DNA of 62,573 nucleotides, counting the filler, from Chiloscyllium plagiosum (lineage: Eukaryota): assembly GCF_004010195.1 (NCBI RefSeq). It is 3 parts of one record of this genome, joined end to end, with 100 filler letters (N's around TTAATTAATTAA, not from the genome) between each part and the next. Parts side by side here need not be neighbours in the genome. Positions count along the whole stretch, not along the records: positions 46,444 to 62,573 come from NC_057710.1; 2 more parts are not named here. One strand, 5' to 3'. The position numbers and the translations under genes were made by a program. Positions 51,190 to 62,573 of the stretch are shown here, in pieces (the stretch's first letter is position 1; each line of letters starts with the position of its first letter). Under the pieces are notes generated by a model. The model had not been told where the DNA came from, did no database searches, and worked only from the letters and a program-made list of their open reading frames with translations.

Positions 51190-52460
51190 GGAGAATGTCT
51201 TACTCAGAGTTGCTCACTGACACAGTTTGACTTACGCCAGGGCCACTCAGCTCCTGACCTGATTATAGCCTTGTTTCAAAAATGGACAAAAGAGCTGAAT
51301 TCCAGAGATGAAGTGAAAGTAACAGCCCTTGACATCGAGACTACATTTGACCAACTGTGTCATCAGGACCCCTAGCAAAACTAGAATCAATGGTATCAGG
51401 GCAAATTCTTTGTGAGTTGGAGTGATACCTGGTACATAGGAAGATGGTTGTAGTGATTGGAGCTCCAGGACATCTTTGCAGGAGTTCCTCAGGGGTAATG
51501 TCTTAGGCCCAACCATCTTCAGTTGCTTCATCAATGATCTTCACTCCACCATAAGGTCAGAAGTGGAGATGTTCACTGATGATTGTGCAATGATCAATGC
51601 TATTCATGACTCCTCAGATACTGAAGCAGTCCATGTTCAAATGCAACAAGATCTGGACAATATCCAGGCATGGGCTGACAAGTGGCAAGTAACACTCATA
51701 CTTCAAGAAATGTTAGGTAATGATCAACTCCAATAAGAGTCAATCAATCACTGCCCCTTGACATTCAATGGTGTTTTCATCACAGAATTCTCCAGTTTCA
51801 ACATCCTGGAGGTTACCATTGACCAGAAAGTCAATTGGATTTGAAGTAAAATCACAGTGGCTACAAAAGCAGGTCAGAGGTGAGGAATACTGCAGCAAGT
51901 AACTCATCTCCCGACTCCCCAAAGCCTTTCTACCATCTCCAAGTGAAAAGTCAAGAGTGTTTTGGAATACTCCCTACTTGCCTAAATGAAGTCAGCTCCA
52001 GCAACACTCAAGAAATTTGCCAACAAAGCAGCCCACTTGATTGGCACCACATCCATAAACACCTACTCTTGCCACTACCAGCACTCAGTAGCAGCAGTGT
52101 ATAGTATCTACAAGATGCAGTGGAAACATTTACCAAAGATGTTTAGACAGCACCTTGCAAACGCATGACCACTTTCATCTAGAAGGAAGAGGGCAGTAGA
52201 TACATGGGAACACCACCACCAGTAAGTTCACCTCCAAGCTACTCATTATCCTGAATTGGAAATATATCTATTCCTTTGTTGTCGCTGGTTCACAATCCTG
52301 GAATTCCCTCCTTAAGAGCACTGTGGTTCAATCTGCAACACGTGGACTGCAGCAGTTCAAGATGGCAATTCACAACCACCTTCTCAAAAGCAACTAGAGG
52401 AGGGAAATAGGTACTGGTCACCCAGTGAAGCCCATGTCCCACGAGTCAATTAAAATAAAA
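51190..52460 (+). mobile_element. Best-preserved copy of the second (CR1/L2-group) LINE family, RT to 3' end
   Basis: QF..RQGHSAPDLI, WTKELNSRDEVKVTALDI..TFD, LGPTIFSCFINDL, MFTDD, MQQDLDNIQAWADKWQVT; A-rich end. Exact clade not determinable by eye. Confidence 0.8.
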
Positions 52461-52643
52461 CATAGCATGATGACAAAAGATGATTCCACAGCAAAAAAAC
52501 TTATCAAAGTTGGAAGCAGTGAATTGCAATTACATATTAAACCTTTTTTTTAAATTATGCCTGACATTATGTCTGACATTATTGCTGATATAGGAAAGAT
52601 GCTGAAATACATGCTTGCTGAGGCCAAGCATTGGATCAGTGTG

Positions 52644-52844
52644 GAGAAAGTGAGGTCTGCAGATGCTGGAGATCAGAGATGGAAATGTGTTGCTGGAAAA
52701 GCGCAGCAGGTCAGGCAGCATCTAGGGAACAGGAGAATCGACGTTTCGGGCATTCCTGAAGAAGGGCTAATGCCCGAAACGTCGATTCTCCTGTTCTCTA
52801 GATGCTGCCTGACCTGCTGCGCTTTTCCAGCAACACATTTCCAT
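52644..52844. mobile_element. Palindromic PLE-derived insert with central intact hammerhead (52756-52783, +) and 15-bp TSD
   Basis: Arms ~52678-52752 / ~52771-52845; CTGAAGA-A-GGGC-taat-GCCC-GAAA-CGTC. TSD cattggatcagtgtg at 52629-52643 and 52845-52859. Confidence 0.88.
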
Positions 52845-54411
52845 CATTGGATCAGTGTGCCTGGTTAGTGATCAGAATCGAGCAGTGAACTATCAGGCTG
52901 AAGTTTCACCCCCATTCACGCTGACAGAATCAGAAAATTTACTGATTCTGTAAACATGAATCAGGAGAAGTTTCCCAAATGATTGGATTTTACTTCTGGC
53001 TGGGGCAAGCATTTTGTAGATCTGACTCAAATGTAGAGATAAAGATGTAGTTTCCCCAGAAATATATAAGGCAGGGTTGGGTGCCAAAACAGGTGGTTCT
53101 AATAAAAACAAAACAACAAATGGCTTTCTAGCCTTCATATCCACCTCACTGCTCACACACTTCATATGCCATACCCTCACACCCAAACCCCCATGACCTT
53201 TATGCCCTCGATGCTAACCTATGCTCCTTCATCCACTCCCCGGTCCTCATTATTCTATATGACATCTTAATTTCAATTCATGTCATCACATGACCCGTGA
53301 ACACATCCCAATAGGCCTTTATAGTTCCTGTTCCAATTTGGTGGTCTTTCATTTGAACCCACGCTATCACTCAAAATTTATGATTGCAGGCCCCCACTGT
53401 GATAATAATAGGATGAGGACACAGTCAAACAGCACTAATTTTTTGATGATAACCCTAAATATTCATAGAGTAGTTATCTATTGAAATTGCAAGTATTAAT
53501 TTTATTTCAACAAACAGTCAGCAATTTGGTACGCCCAACATTTAAAGAGCTGGAGATTCGAAGAAACTTTTATCTCATCTCACTGGTGTAATGTCCTGGA
53601 AATCAAGGCCTGCTAGTCCCAGAGTCATCACCAAAGCTACAAAATTTTATCAAATGATGAAGTGCTCCCAATGTATCTGCCCCATCTACTCAGATTAACT
53701 TCTGCTGCCGACTCAGCTGATGGATCAGCGCTCTTGATCGAACACTACATAGAGGAAGCATTGTGGGTAGCGAGGGCACAGATATTCTTCAAGGAGGTCT
53801 TCAATTTCTATTAACAAGAGTTGATTGGCAGCAGACTAAAGTCCCCCATTGAGCCAATAGAATCATGAGGGACAAAACTGCTAAACTGGGTGACCACAGG
53901 TGATAAAGGAAGTAACAGGAGAGAAAAACATACTTCACCTCACTCTGTCCAATCTGCCTGACACAAATGCATCTGTCCATGACAGTATCAGTCAGAGTCA
54001 CTACATAACAGTCCTTGTGGAGACAAAGTCCCATTGTGTTGTGTTATCTTTGATAAACAAGATACATTTCAAATAATTCAAACAACTCAAGGCTGAGCAT
54101 CCAGGAGGTTCTGTAGACCATCAGTAGAAGCGGAATTGTACTCCAACACAATTCACAATCTCACAGCCCAGCACCTCCCCACTCTACCATTGCCATCAAG
54201 CCAAAGTTTGATTAAGAGTGCAGGAGCATGCAAGAAGCAACACTATATGTACCTGCAACTGTGCTCTCAACCAGTTGAAAGTAAAAACAATACTGTTTGT
54301 GTGCGAAGCACCATAAGGAACAAGTAATAGAGCAATTTGTTTCCACAATCAAGGGATCAGATCTAAACTCTGTAGTCCTACCACATTCCAATGTGGATGG
54401 TGGTGGACAAC

Positions 54412-56550
54412 TTTCAAAAGCTGATTGGGGGCAGATGTTCAGAGGTTAAGGGGCAGTTGGAAAAGGAGAAGCCTTCAGAAATGAGATAATGAGAGTCAAG
54501 AGACAATATATTTCTGTCAGGGTGAAAAGAAAGGGTGGTAGGTGTAGGGAATGCTGGCTGACTGGAGAAATTAAGGGTTTGGTTAAGAAAAAGAAGGAAG
54601 CGTATGTCAGGTGTAGACAGGATAGATCGAGAGAATCCTTAGAAAAGTATCAAGGCAGTGGGAGTATACTTAAGAGGGAAATCAATAGGGCAAAAAGGAG
54701 ACATGAGAGAGCTTTGGCAAATAAGGTTAAGGAGAATCCAAAGGGTTTTTGCAAATACATTAGGGATGAAAGGGTAACTAGGGAGAGAAGAGGGACCCTC
54801 AAAAGATCAGCAAGGCAGCCTATGTGTGGTGCCACAGGACATGGGGGAAATACTAAACAGGCATTTTGCATCAGTGTTTACTGTGGAAAAGCACGTGGAA
54901 GATATAGAATGTCGGGAAATAGATGGTGACATCTTGAAAAATGTCCATATTACAGAGGAAGAAGTGCTGAATGTCTTGAAAAGCATAAAGGTAGAATAAT
55001 ACCTCGGACCTGTTCAGGTGTACCCTAGAATTCTGTAGTAGCTAGGGAAGTGATTGCTGGGCCTCTAACTGAGATATTTGTATCATCGATAGTCACAGGT
55101 GAGGTGCCAGAAGACTGGAGGTTGGTTAAGGTAGTGCCACTATTTAAGAAACATAGTAAGGACAAGCCAGGGAACTGTAGATCAGTGAGCCTGACATCAT
55201 TTTTGGGCAAGTTGTTGGAGGGAATCCCAAGGGACAGGATTTGGAAAGGCAAGAACTGATTAGAAATAGTCAACATGGCTTTGTGCGTGGGAAATCATGT
55301 CTCACAAACTTGATTAAGTTTTTTGAAGAAGTAGCAAGGAAGATTGATGAGGGCAGAGTGGTGGATGTGATCTATATGAACTTCAGTAAGGTGCTCAACA
55401 AGGTTCCCCTGGGAGACTGATTATTAAAGTTAAATCTCATGGAATACAAGGAGAACTAACCATTTGGATACAAAACTGGCTCAAAGGTAGAAGACAGAGG
55501 GTGGTGGTTTGTTTTTCAGACTGGACGCCTGTGACCAGTGGAGTGACACAAGGATCGGTGCTGGGACCCTACTTTTTGTCATTTAAATAAATAATTTGGA
55601 TGTGAGCATAAGAAGTATAGTTAGTAATTTTGCAGATTACACCAAAATTGGAGGTGTAGTGGACAGCGAAGAAGATTACCTCATATTACAACATGATCTT
55701 GATCAGATGGGTCAATGGGCTGAGGAGTGGAAGATGGAGTTTACTTTAGAATAATGTGAGGTGCTGCATTTTGGGAAAGCAAATCTTAGCAGGACCTATA
55801 CACATAATGGTAAGGTCCTAGGGAGTGTTGCTGAACCAAGAGACCTTGGAGTGCAGGTTCATAGCTCCTTGAAAGTGGAGTCGCAGGTAGATCGGATAGT
55901 GAAGAAGGCGTTTGATATGCTTTCCTTTATTGGTCAGAGTATTGAGCACAGGAATTGGGAGGTTATGTTGCAGCTGTACAGGACATTGGCAGGCCACTTT
56001 TGGAATATTGCGTGCAATTCTGGTCTCCTTCGTAACGGAAGGATGTTGTGAAACTTGAAAGGGTTCAGAAAAGATTTACAAGAATGTTGCCAGGGTTGGA
56101 GAATTTGAGCTATCGGGAGAGGCTGAATATGCTGGGGATGTTTTCCCTGGAGCGTTGGAGGCTGAGTGGTAACCTTATAGAGGTTTACAAAATTAATGAG
56201 GGGCATGGGTAGGTTAAATAGACAAAGTCTTTTCCCTGGGGTCGGGGAGTCCAGAACTAGAGGGCATAGGTTTAGGGTGAGAGTGGAAAGATATAAAAGA
56301 GACTTAAGGTGCAACTTTTTCACACAGAGTATGGTGCATTTATGGAATAAGATGCCAGAGGTAGTGGTGGAGGCTGGTGCAATTGTAACATTTAAAAGAC
56401 ATCTGAATGGGTATATGAATAGGAAGGGTTTGGAGGGATATGGGCCAAGTGCTGGCAAATGGGACTAGATTAAGTGAGGACATTTGTTGGCATGGACAAG
56501 TTGGACCGAAGGGTCTGTTTCCATGCTGCATATCTCTATGACTCTATGAC
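54412..56550 (+). mobile_element. 5'-truncated CR1 LINE inserted into a copy of the second LINE family (~53690-54411 and ~56551-57620)
   Basis: EVPEDWRL..VVPLFKK, QHGFVRGKSC, RDLGVQVHSSLK; tail ctctatgactctatgact. Host resumes across the insert (tggtggacaact...acaactc). Confidence 0.92.
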
Positions 56551-58029
56551 TTTACAACTCCCGGGAGAATAATGCTTCACAAATATCCCCATCCAAAACA
56601 TTGGGACAGCCCAGCATGTCTGTGCAAAAAACAAGGCTGAAATATTATCAACAATCTCCAGCCAGAAGCCCAAAATGAATGATTCATCTCAGACTCTGCT
56701 GGAGCTGCCCAGCATCACAGATGCCAGTCTTCAACTAATTTGATTCACTCCATGTGATATCAAGAAATGGTTGGAAGCACTGAATACTGCAAAGATTATA
56801 GTCCTTGCCAATATTTCAGAAATAGTACTGAAAACTTGTGAAAATTATAATAAATGGTGGAGCAGGTTCAAAGGGCCAGTGTCCTACTCCTGATGTTTTT
56901 GTTTCCTATGTTTCAGAAGCTGCCCTGTGCCACACTGCATTAGTTCAAGAAGGCAGCTCACTACCTTCTCAATGGCAATCCAGCACAGTCTATAAATGCT
57001 GGCCCAGCAGCGATACCCATATGTCTTGTGCGAACAAAAGAAAACAGCTCCAGTGAAACTATACCATTATATCTACATAACAAAGTGGAAAATTGCAGTT
57101 AAGCCCTGTACACAAAAAGCAGGGCATATCCAACATGCCAATTACTATCTTATCAGTCTATTCTCGATCATCAGTTAAGTGATGGAAGGAGCACTTGCAC
57201 TCTCAAGGAGCACTTGCTCAGCCACTGCTCAGTAATGCTCAGTTTGAGTTCTGTCAGGGCCACTTAGCTCGTGACTTCATTGCAGTCTTCATTCAAGCAT
57301 GGACCCCAGAGAGTGCCTGCTCATTTGACCAAGTGTGGCATCAAGGAGCCTGAACAAAATTTGAGCCAATAAGAATATGGAGGGAAATTCTCCACTAATT
57401 AGAGTCATACTGAGCATAACGGAAGGTTATTGTGGTTGTGGGAGGTCAGTCAGCTCTGCAGGAGTGTATCAGGGTAGTGTCCTAGCTCCAAACATCTTCA
57501 GCTATTTCATTAATGACCTTCCCACCATCATAAGGTCAGAAAGCGGATGTTCATTGATGATCACACAACGTTCAGCACCATTTGAGACTCCTCAGATACT
57601 GAAGCAAGTTATGTCCAATATACAACATTGAAAAAATAAAGAGCAATTTTGCTGCAATGAAGTTTAAACTTAGTCAGAACTGAAATGTTTATTTCTACAC
57701 AGCTTGTAGAGATTCCAGAATACATATAACTACCCTTAAAGCACACTTTTGTAGCACAGACAGCAAAGAGCCACTTTAGAAGACGTTTTAGAAACATAGT
57801 AATAAAGGTCTCATAGAATCGCTACAGTGTGGAAACAGACCCTTCAGCCCAAGAAGTCCATACTGACCCTCTGACGTGTAACCCACCCAGATGGTCTCGA
57901 TGAGAGGAAAAAGCCCTTTGGCCCACTGCATCTGCTGTAGTCCAAAATAACCACTGAACTATTCTGTTCTTATTTTCCAGCACTTGACCCATTGCCTTGT
58001 ATGCCATGGCAATGCAAGTGCACATTTTA

Positions 58030-59405
58030 TTTATTATTTACACATGGGACATTGGCATTGCTAGCTTGGCCAGCATTTATTGTCAAAAGCAAGTTGCTCT
58101 TGAGAAGGTAGTGGTGAGCTGCCTTTTTGAACTGCTTCAGTCCACGTGCTGTGGGTTGACCCACAATGCCCTAAAGGAGGGAATTCTAGGATTTTGTTGT
58201 TAAGACTTAACAACAATCTAGGTTTGTTCAAAATAACATTTCAGTTGCATGACACTGTAATATTTTGCTATAAGTTCTGTGTTTTATGATCTTATGCTCC
58301 ACTACCACCTGATGAAGGAGCAGTGCTCTGAAAGCCAGTCCTTCCAAATAAACCTGTTGGACTATAGCCTGGTGTTGCATGATTTTTAACTTTGTCCACC
58401 CCAGTCCAATGCCGGCTCCTCCACATCATTCCTGCATGGTGCGAAACTTCTTGAGTGTTGTTGGAGCTGCACCCATCCAGACAAATGGGGAGTATTCCAT
58501 CACTCTCCTGACTGTGTCTTGTAGATGGTGGTCAGGTTTAGGAAGTCAGGAGGTGAGTTACTTGCCGCAGTATTCCGAGCTTCTGACCTGCTCTTGTGAC
58601 CACTTCATTTATTTGGTGAGTCCAGTGAATTTCTGGTCAATGGTAACCCCATGGATGTTGATAATAGGGGATTCAGTGATGGTAACATCAGTGACTGACA
58701 AGGGGATGGTGGTTAGATTGTCTCTCATTGGAGATAGATTTTGCCTGGCATTTGTGTGGCATGAATGTTACTGTCCATTTTTTAGCCCAAGCCTGAAAAT
58801 TGTCCACATCTTGTTGCATTTGAACATGGACTGCTTACAGTATATGAGGAGTCAAGTGTTGGGGCTTACTATTGTGCATTCATCAGCCAACATCCCTACC
58901 TCTGACCATATGATGGATGGAAGGTCATTGATGAAGCAGCTGAAGATGGATGGGTCTCGGACACTGTCTTGAGAACCTGCTGCAGAGATGTCCTGGAGCT
59001 GAGATGACTGACCTCCAAAAACCACAACCATCTTCTTATGTGTCATATATGACTCCAACCAACAGAGAGTTTATCCCTTGGTCTCACCGATTTTGTTGGG
59101 GCTCCTGATGTCATATTTGATCAAGTTCAGTCTTGATGTCAGGGATTGTCACTCTCACCACATCTCTGGAATTCTGCTCTTCTGTCCATGTTTGAATCAA
59201 GGCTTTAATGAGGTCAGGAGCTAATGGAACCCAAATTGGACAACACTCAGCAGTTTATTGCTGACAAGGTGCTGCTTGATAGCATTATTGTTGACAACTT
59301 TTGTCACTTTACTGATGATTGAGTGTAGACTGATGGGGTGATAATTAGTTGAGTTATCCTGCTTTTTTGTGTATAGGACATACCTGGGCAGTTTTCCACA
59401 TTGTG
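58030..59405 (-). mobile_element. Second LINE family copy with a family-C PLE fragment (~58205-58428, +) inserted
   Basis: PSIFSCFINDLPSII.SEVGMLAD. Insert carries CTGATGA-A-GGAGC-agt-GCTCT-GAAA-GCCA at 58309-58337 (cleavage-site U mutated). Confidence 0.78.
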
Positions 59406-59487
59406 AGGTAACCTTTTATCCTTAATGTACATGTGAAATAACCTAGGACTTCTAATTTAAGTGCCATTATTCTTTTGTGCCCCCTTT

Positions 59488-60360
59488 AAGACCATAAGAT
59501 CATAAGACATTCAGTAAGGCCATTCAGCCCATCGAGTCCACTCCGCCATTTAAACATGGCTAATGGGCATTTCAACTCCACTTACCAGCATTCTCCCCGT
59601 AGCCCTTAATTCCTTGCGATTTCAAGAATTTATCAATCTCTGCCTTGAAGCCATTTAGCATCCCGGCCTCCACTGCACTCTGCAGCAATGAATTCCACAG
59701 GCCCACCACTCTCTGGCTGAAGAAATGTCTCCGCATTTCTGTTCTGAATTTACCCCCTCTAATTCTAAGGCTGTGCCCACGGGTCCTAGTCTCNNNNNNN
59801 NNNNNNNNNNNNNNNNNNNNNNNNNNNNNNNNNNNNNNNNNNNNNNNNNNNNNNNNNNNNNNNNNNNNNNNNNNNNNNNNNNNNNNNNNNNNNNNNNNNN
59901 NNNNNNNNNNNNNNNNNNNNNNNNNNNNNNNNNNNNNNNNNNNNNNNNNNNNNNNNNNNNNNNNNNNNNNNNNNNNNNNNNNNNNNNNNNNNNNNNNNNN
60001 NNNNNNNNNNAAATTTTCTCACCGTTTAGAAAGTAGTCCATGTTGTATTCTTTTTTCCAAAGTGTAAGACCTCACATTTGCTCACGTTGAATTTCATCAG
60101 CCATTTCCTGGACCACTCTCCCAATCTGTCTAGATCCTTCTGCAGCCTCCCCACTTCCTCAGTACTACCTGCCTGTCCACCTAACTTCGTATCATCAGCA
60201 AACTTCGCTAGAATGCCCCCAGTCCCTTCATCCAGATAATTAATATATAACAGCTGCGGCCCCAACACTGAACTCTGCAGGACACTGCTTGTCACCGGCT
60301 GCCATTCCGAAAAAGAATCTTTTATCCCAACTCTCTGCCTTCTGTCAGACAGCCAACCCT
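59488..60360 (-). mobile_element. CR1 LINE 3' portion spanning an N gap
   Basis: SVLGPQL, KFADDTKLGG, LQKDLDRL.EW; (tcttatg)-type tail. Confidence 0.9.
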
Positions 60361-61142
60361 TTGTACTGTCCTAGTTAACTTTTTAAGTTTCCCGCTACAT
60401 TTTGCACACTCTGCGTTTTTGAGTCTTCAGTGTCTGCCATAAACCTTTGTTTTTCTCTAATTCCAGTCCTATATATCCCTCAATATTGAGGGTTCACGGG
60501 ATTTGTTGGGCCCATCTTTTGTCTCTATTGAAACATGTTCACCTTTGTTTATTGGCTTGTTTTCACTTGGTTTATTGTCTTTTCCTATTGTTTAATGCTT
60601 TGTAATTCACCAAAATAAAGGTTTTCTGGAAGTGCTATTGGAAGTAGGCACAAAGCTAATTTTGATTTTTATTTTCTGCTGAATCAGTAAAATATTTCTG
60701 TAATTAATGACAACTCGAATTCATACTAACAGCCACACATTCTGTACAAAATCTGAAACTACAATAAAATTGTTTGACGTATGCAGATAAATTCACTTAA
60801 ATGTCACATATCTCTTTATGGTAATTTCAATGTTTAATCTTCTTTGTAATTATTATTTGCTGACTGTGTATCATATTTTTAGCCTTTAAATAAATATAGA
60901 GGAAACGCAAAACACATCTCTCAAAAGGTGCTTCATCTGCTGTTTGCAGGAAGCTGGTACCTCTGAGAGGGGTGATTAATTGTTGCAGCAATGTTGTTGT
61001 GCTTGCATTTTTTGGAGCATTCTGGGTCACAATGCAAGGAGGACAGGCATATTTGTGTGGTGCTGTTAAATAAAAAAAGCTAGTTAGTGTCAGAAAACTG
61101 GGTGTGGTGCACAGAAAAGACTGAGCAGCCTAGAATAATTTG

Positions 61143-61340
61143 GAGGAGCCGGAGTTAGACTGGGGTGGACAAAGTTAAAAATCATACAACACCAGGTTAT
61201 AGTCCAACAGGTTTATTTGGAAGCATGAGCTATCATTTGGTTGTGATGAAGAACCACCTGATGAAGAAGCTGCGCTTCGAAAGCTAGTGCTTCCAAATGA
61301 ACCTGTTGGACTATAACCTGGTGCTGTGTGATTTTTAATT
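61143..61340. mobile_element. Palindromic PLE-derived insert (family C) with intact hammerhead motif (61258-61286, +)
   Basis: Arms ~61175-61225 / ~61288-61338; cac-CTGATGA-A-GAAGC-tgc-GCTTC-GAAA-GCTA-gtg. Flanked by gcctagaataa / gcttagaataa. Confidence 0.82.
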
Positions 61341-62149
61341 TAGCTTAGAATAACTCAGCTTTGTGAGAGGTAGATGGAGACAGGCATTACAAACATGGTA
61401 TGAATGTTACTTGCCACTTATCAGCCAAAACTTGGATATTGTCCAAGTCTTGTTGCATTTGGACTCAACTTACTTCAGTATCTGAGGTGTTGGGAATGGT
61501 GTTGAACTTTGCGTGATCATCAATGAACAACCCCACTTCTGACTGTTTGCTGGGACAGAGGTCACTGATGAAGTAGCTGAAGATGGTTGAGCCCAGGGAA
61601 CTGTCCTGAGGAACTCTTCAGGTCTCTGGTGCTGTGAGGCAGCAGTGCTAACCACTGTGCCACCGTGCCGCCCTCAACTCTTAAGGAACTCTTACAGATA
61701 TAGTCTGGAATTTTTGGAATTAAGTCCAATCTTCAAGATGTAGTCAGTGACAAGTGAATCATTTTTGGATCTGATTGCAGTCATTAAAAGTTGCCATGAA
61801 GCAGTTGAATTTTTGCAGTTGAGTTTGAATTGCGCAATTGTCTTTTTAAACAATGCAACATAAGAGGCAGAAGAATGGCACCTTAGATATAGGGTCAGAA
61901 CTAGAAAGAATAGTTCAGGTCTAAATTGTTGAGTTTCCAGGTGGAAGATCATGACTATGAAATATCAGCAATATAATTGAGGAAGGCAAAATGACTGTGA
62001 ATTCAATTCAGTGACTGTCTGGAATGTCACACCTGAAAAATGTTATAGAAGTTTCAAAAGGATGGACTTAAAAGGAGAAAATGCACTACGAACTGAAGTA
62101 TAATCTTCTGCAAGTTATATTTTGCTTTGAGCATGACAGAAGAAAAGAC

Positions 62150-62217
62150 AGGCATTTTATCAAACACAGAGTCTGATGGAGAAAGGCATTTTATCAAACA
62201 CAGAGTCTGATGGAGAA
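62150..62217. repeat. Perfect 34-bp tandem duplication
   Basis: aggcattttatcaaacacagagtctgatggagaa twice (62150-62183, 62184-62217). Confidence 0.95.
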
Positions 62218-62573
62218 CATAGAACATAGAACAACACAGCACAGAACAGGCCCTTCGGCTCACGATGTTGTGCCGAACATTTGTCCTAGCTTAAGCACCC
62301 ATCCATGTACCTATCCAATTGCCGCTTAAAGGTCACCAAAGATTCTGACTCTACCACTCCCACAGGCAGCGCATTCCATGCCCACACCACTCTCTGGGTA
62401 AAGAACCCACCCCTGACATCTCCCCTATACCTTCCACCCTTCACCTTAAATTTATGTCCAATTGTAACACTCTGTTGCACCCGAAGAAAAAGTTTCTGAC
62501 TGTCGACTCAATCTATTCCTCTGATCATCTCATAAACCTCTATCAAGTCACCCCTCATCCTTCACCGTTCCAA
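62214..62573 (-). mobile_element. CR1 3' end, truncated by the window end
   Basis: GHKFKVKGGRYRGDVRG.FFTQRVV..WNALP; (ttctatg)n tail. Confidence 0.92.

Noticed and set aside
121..52850. Recurring gatgctgcctgacctgctg block as a CRISPR repeat
   Set aside because: Dispersed, both orientations, no regular spacers, eukaryotic context; it is PLE pLTR sequence.

Overview
Vertebrate intronic DNA, almost certainly from a cartilaginous fish (shark): it is dominated by HE1-type V-SINEs and CR1/HER1-like LINEs. Most of the window is nested, decayed retroelements: several CR1 subfamilies, a second older CR1/L2-group LINE, Rex1, at least two kinds of Penelope-like element (PLE), a Ty1/copia relic and a probable solo LTR. 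Only one host-gene exon is recognisable: an 88-nt + strand exon at 35715-35802 encoding the calmodulin-binding helix of a Munc13 protein, most like UNC13B/ubMunc13-2, so most of the window is probably intron of that gene. Structure not visible in the ORF track: (i) about a dozen minimal type-I hammerhead-ribozyme motifs in four sequence families, carried by short, often palindromic PLE-derived inserts with 9-15 bp target-site duplications; (ii) an isolated 106-bp 28S rRNA fragment; (iii) a stop-free PLE reverse-transcriptase frame running into an assembly gap; (iv) coding-like unique islands that may be a decayed large exon. There are four N gaps, two of them artificial 100-nt linkers. No prokaryotic systems or CRISPR arrays were seen. 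Repeat boundaries are approximate and family names come from motif recognition, not database searches.
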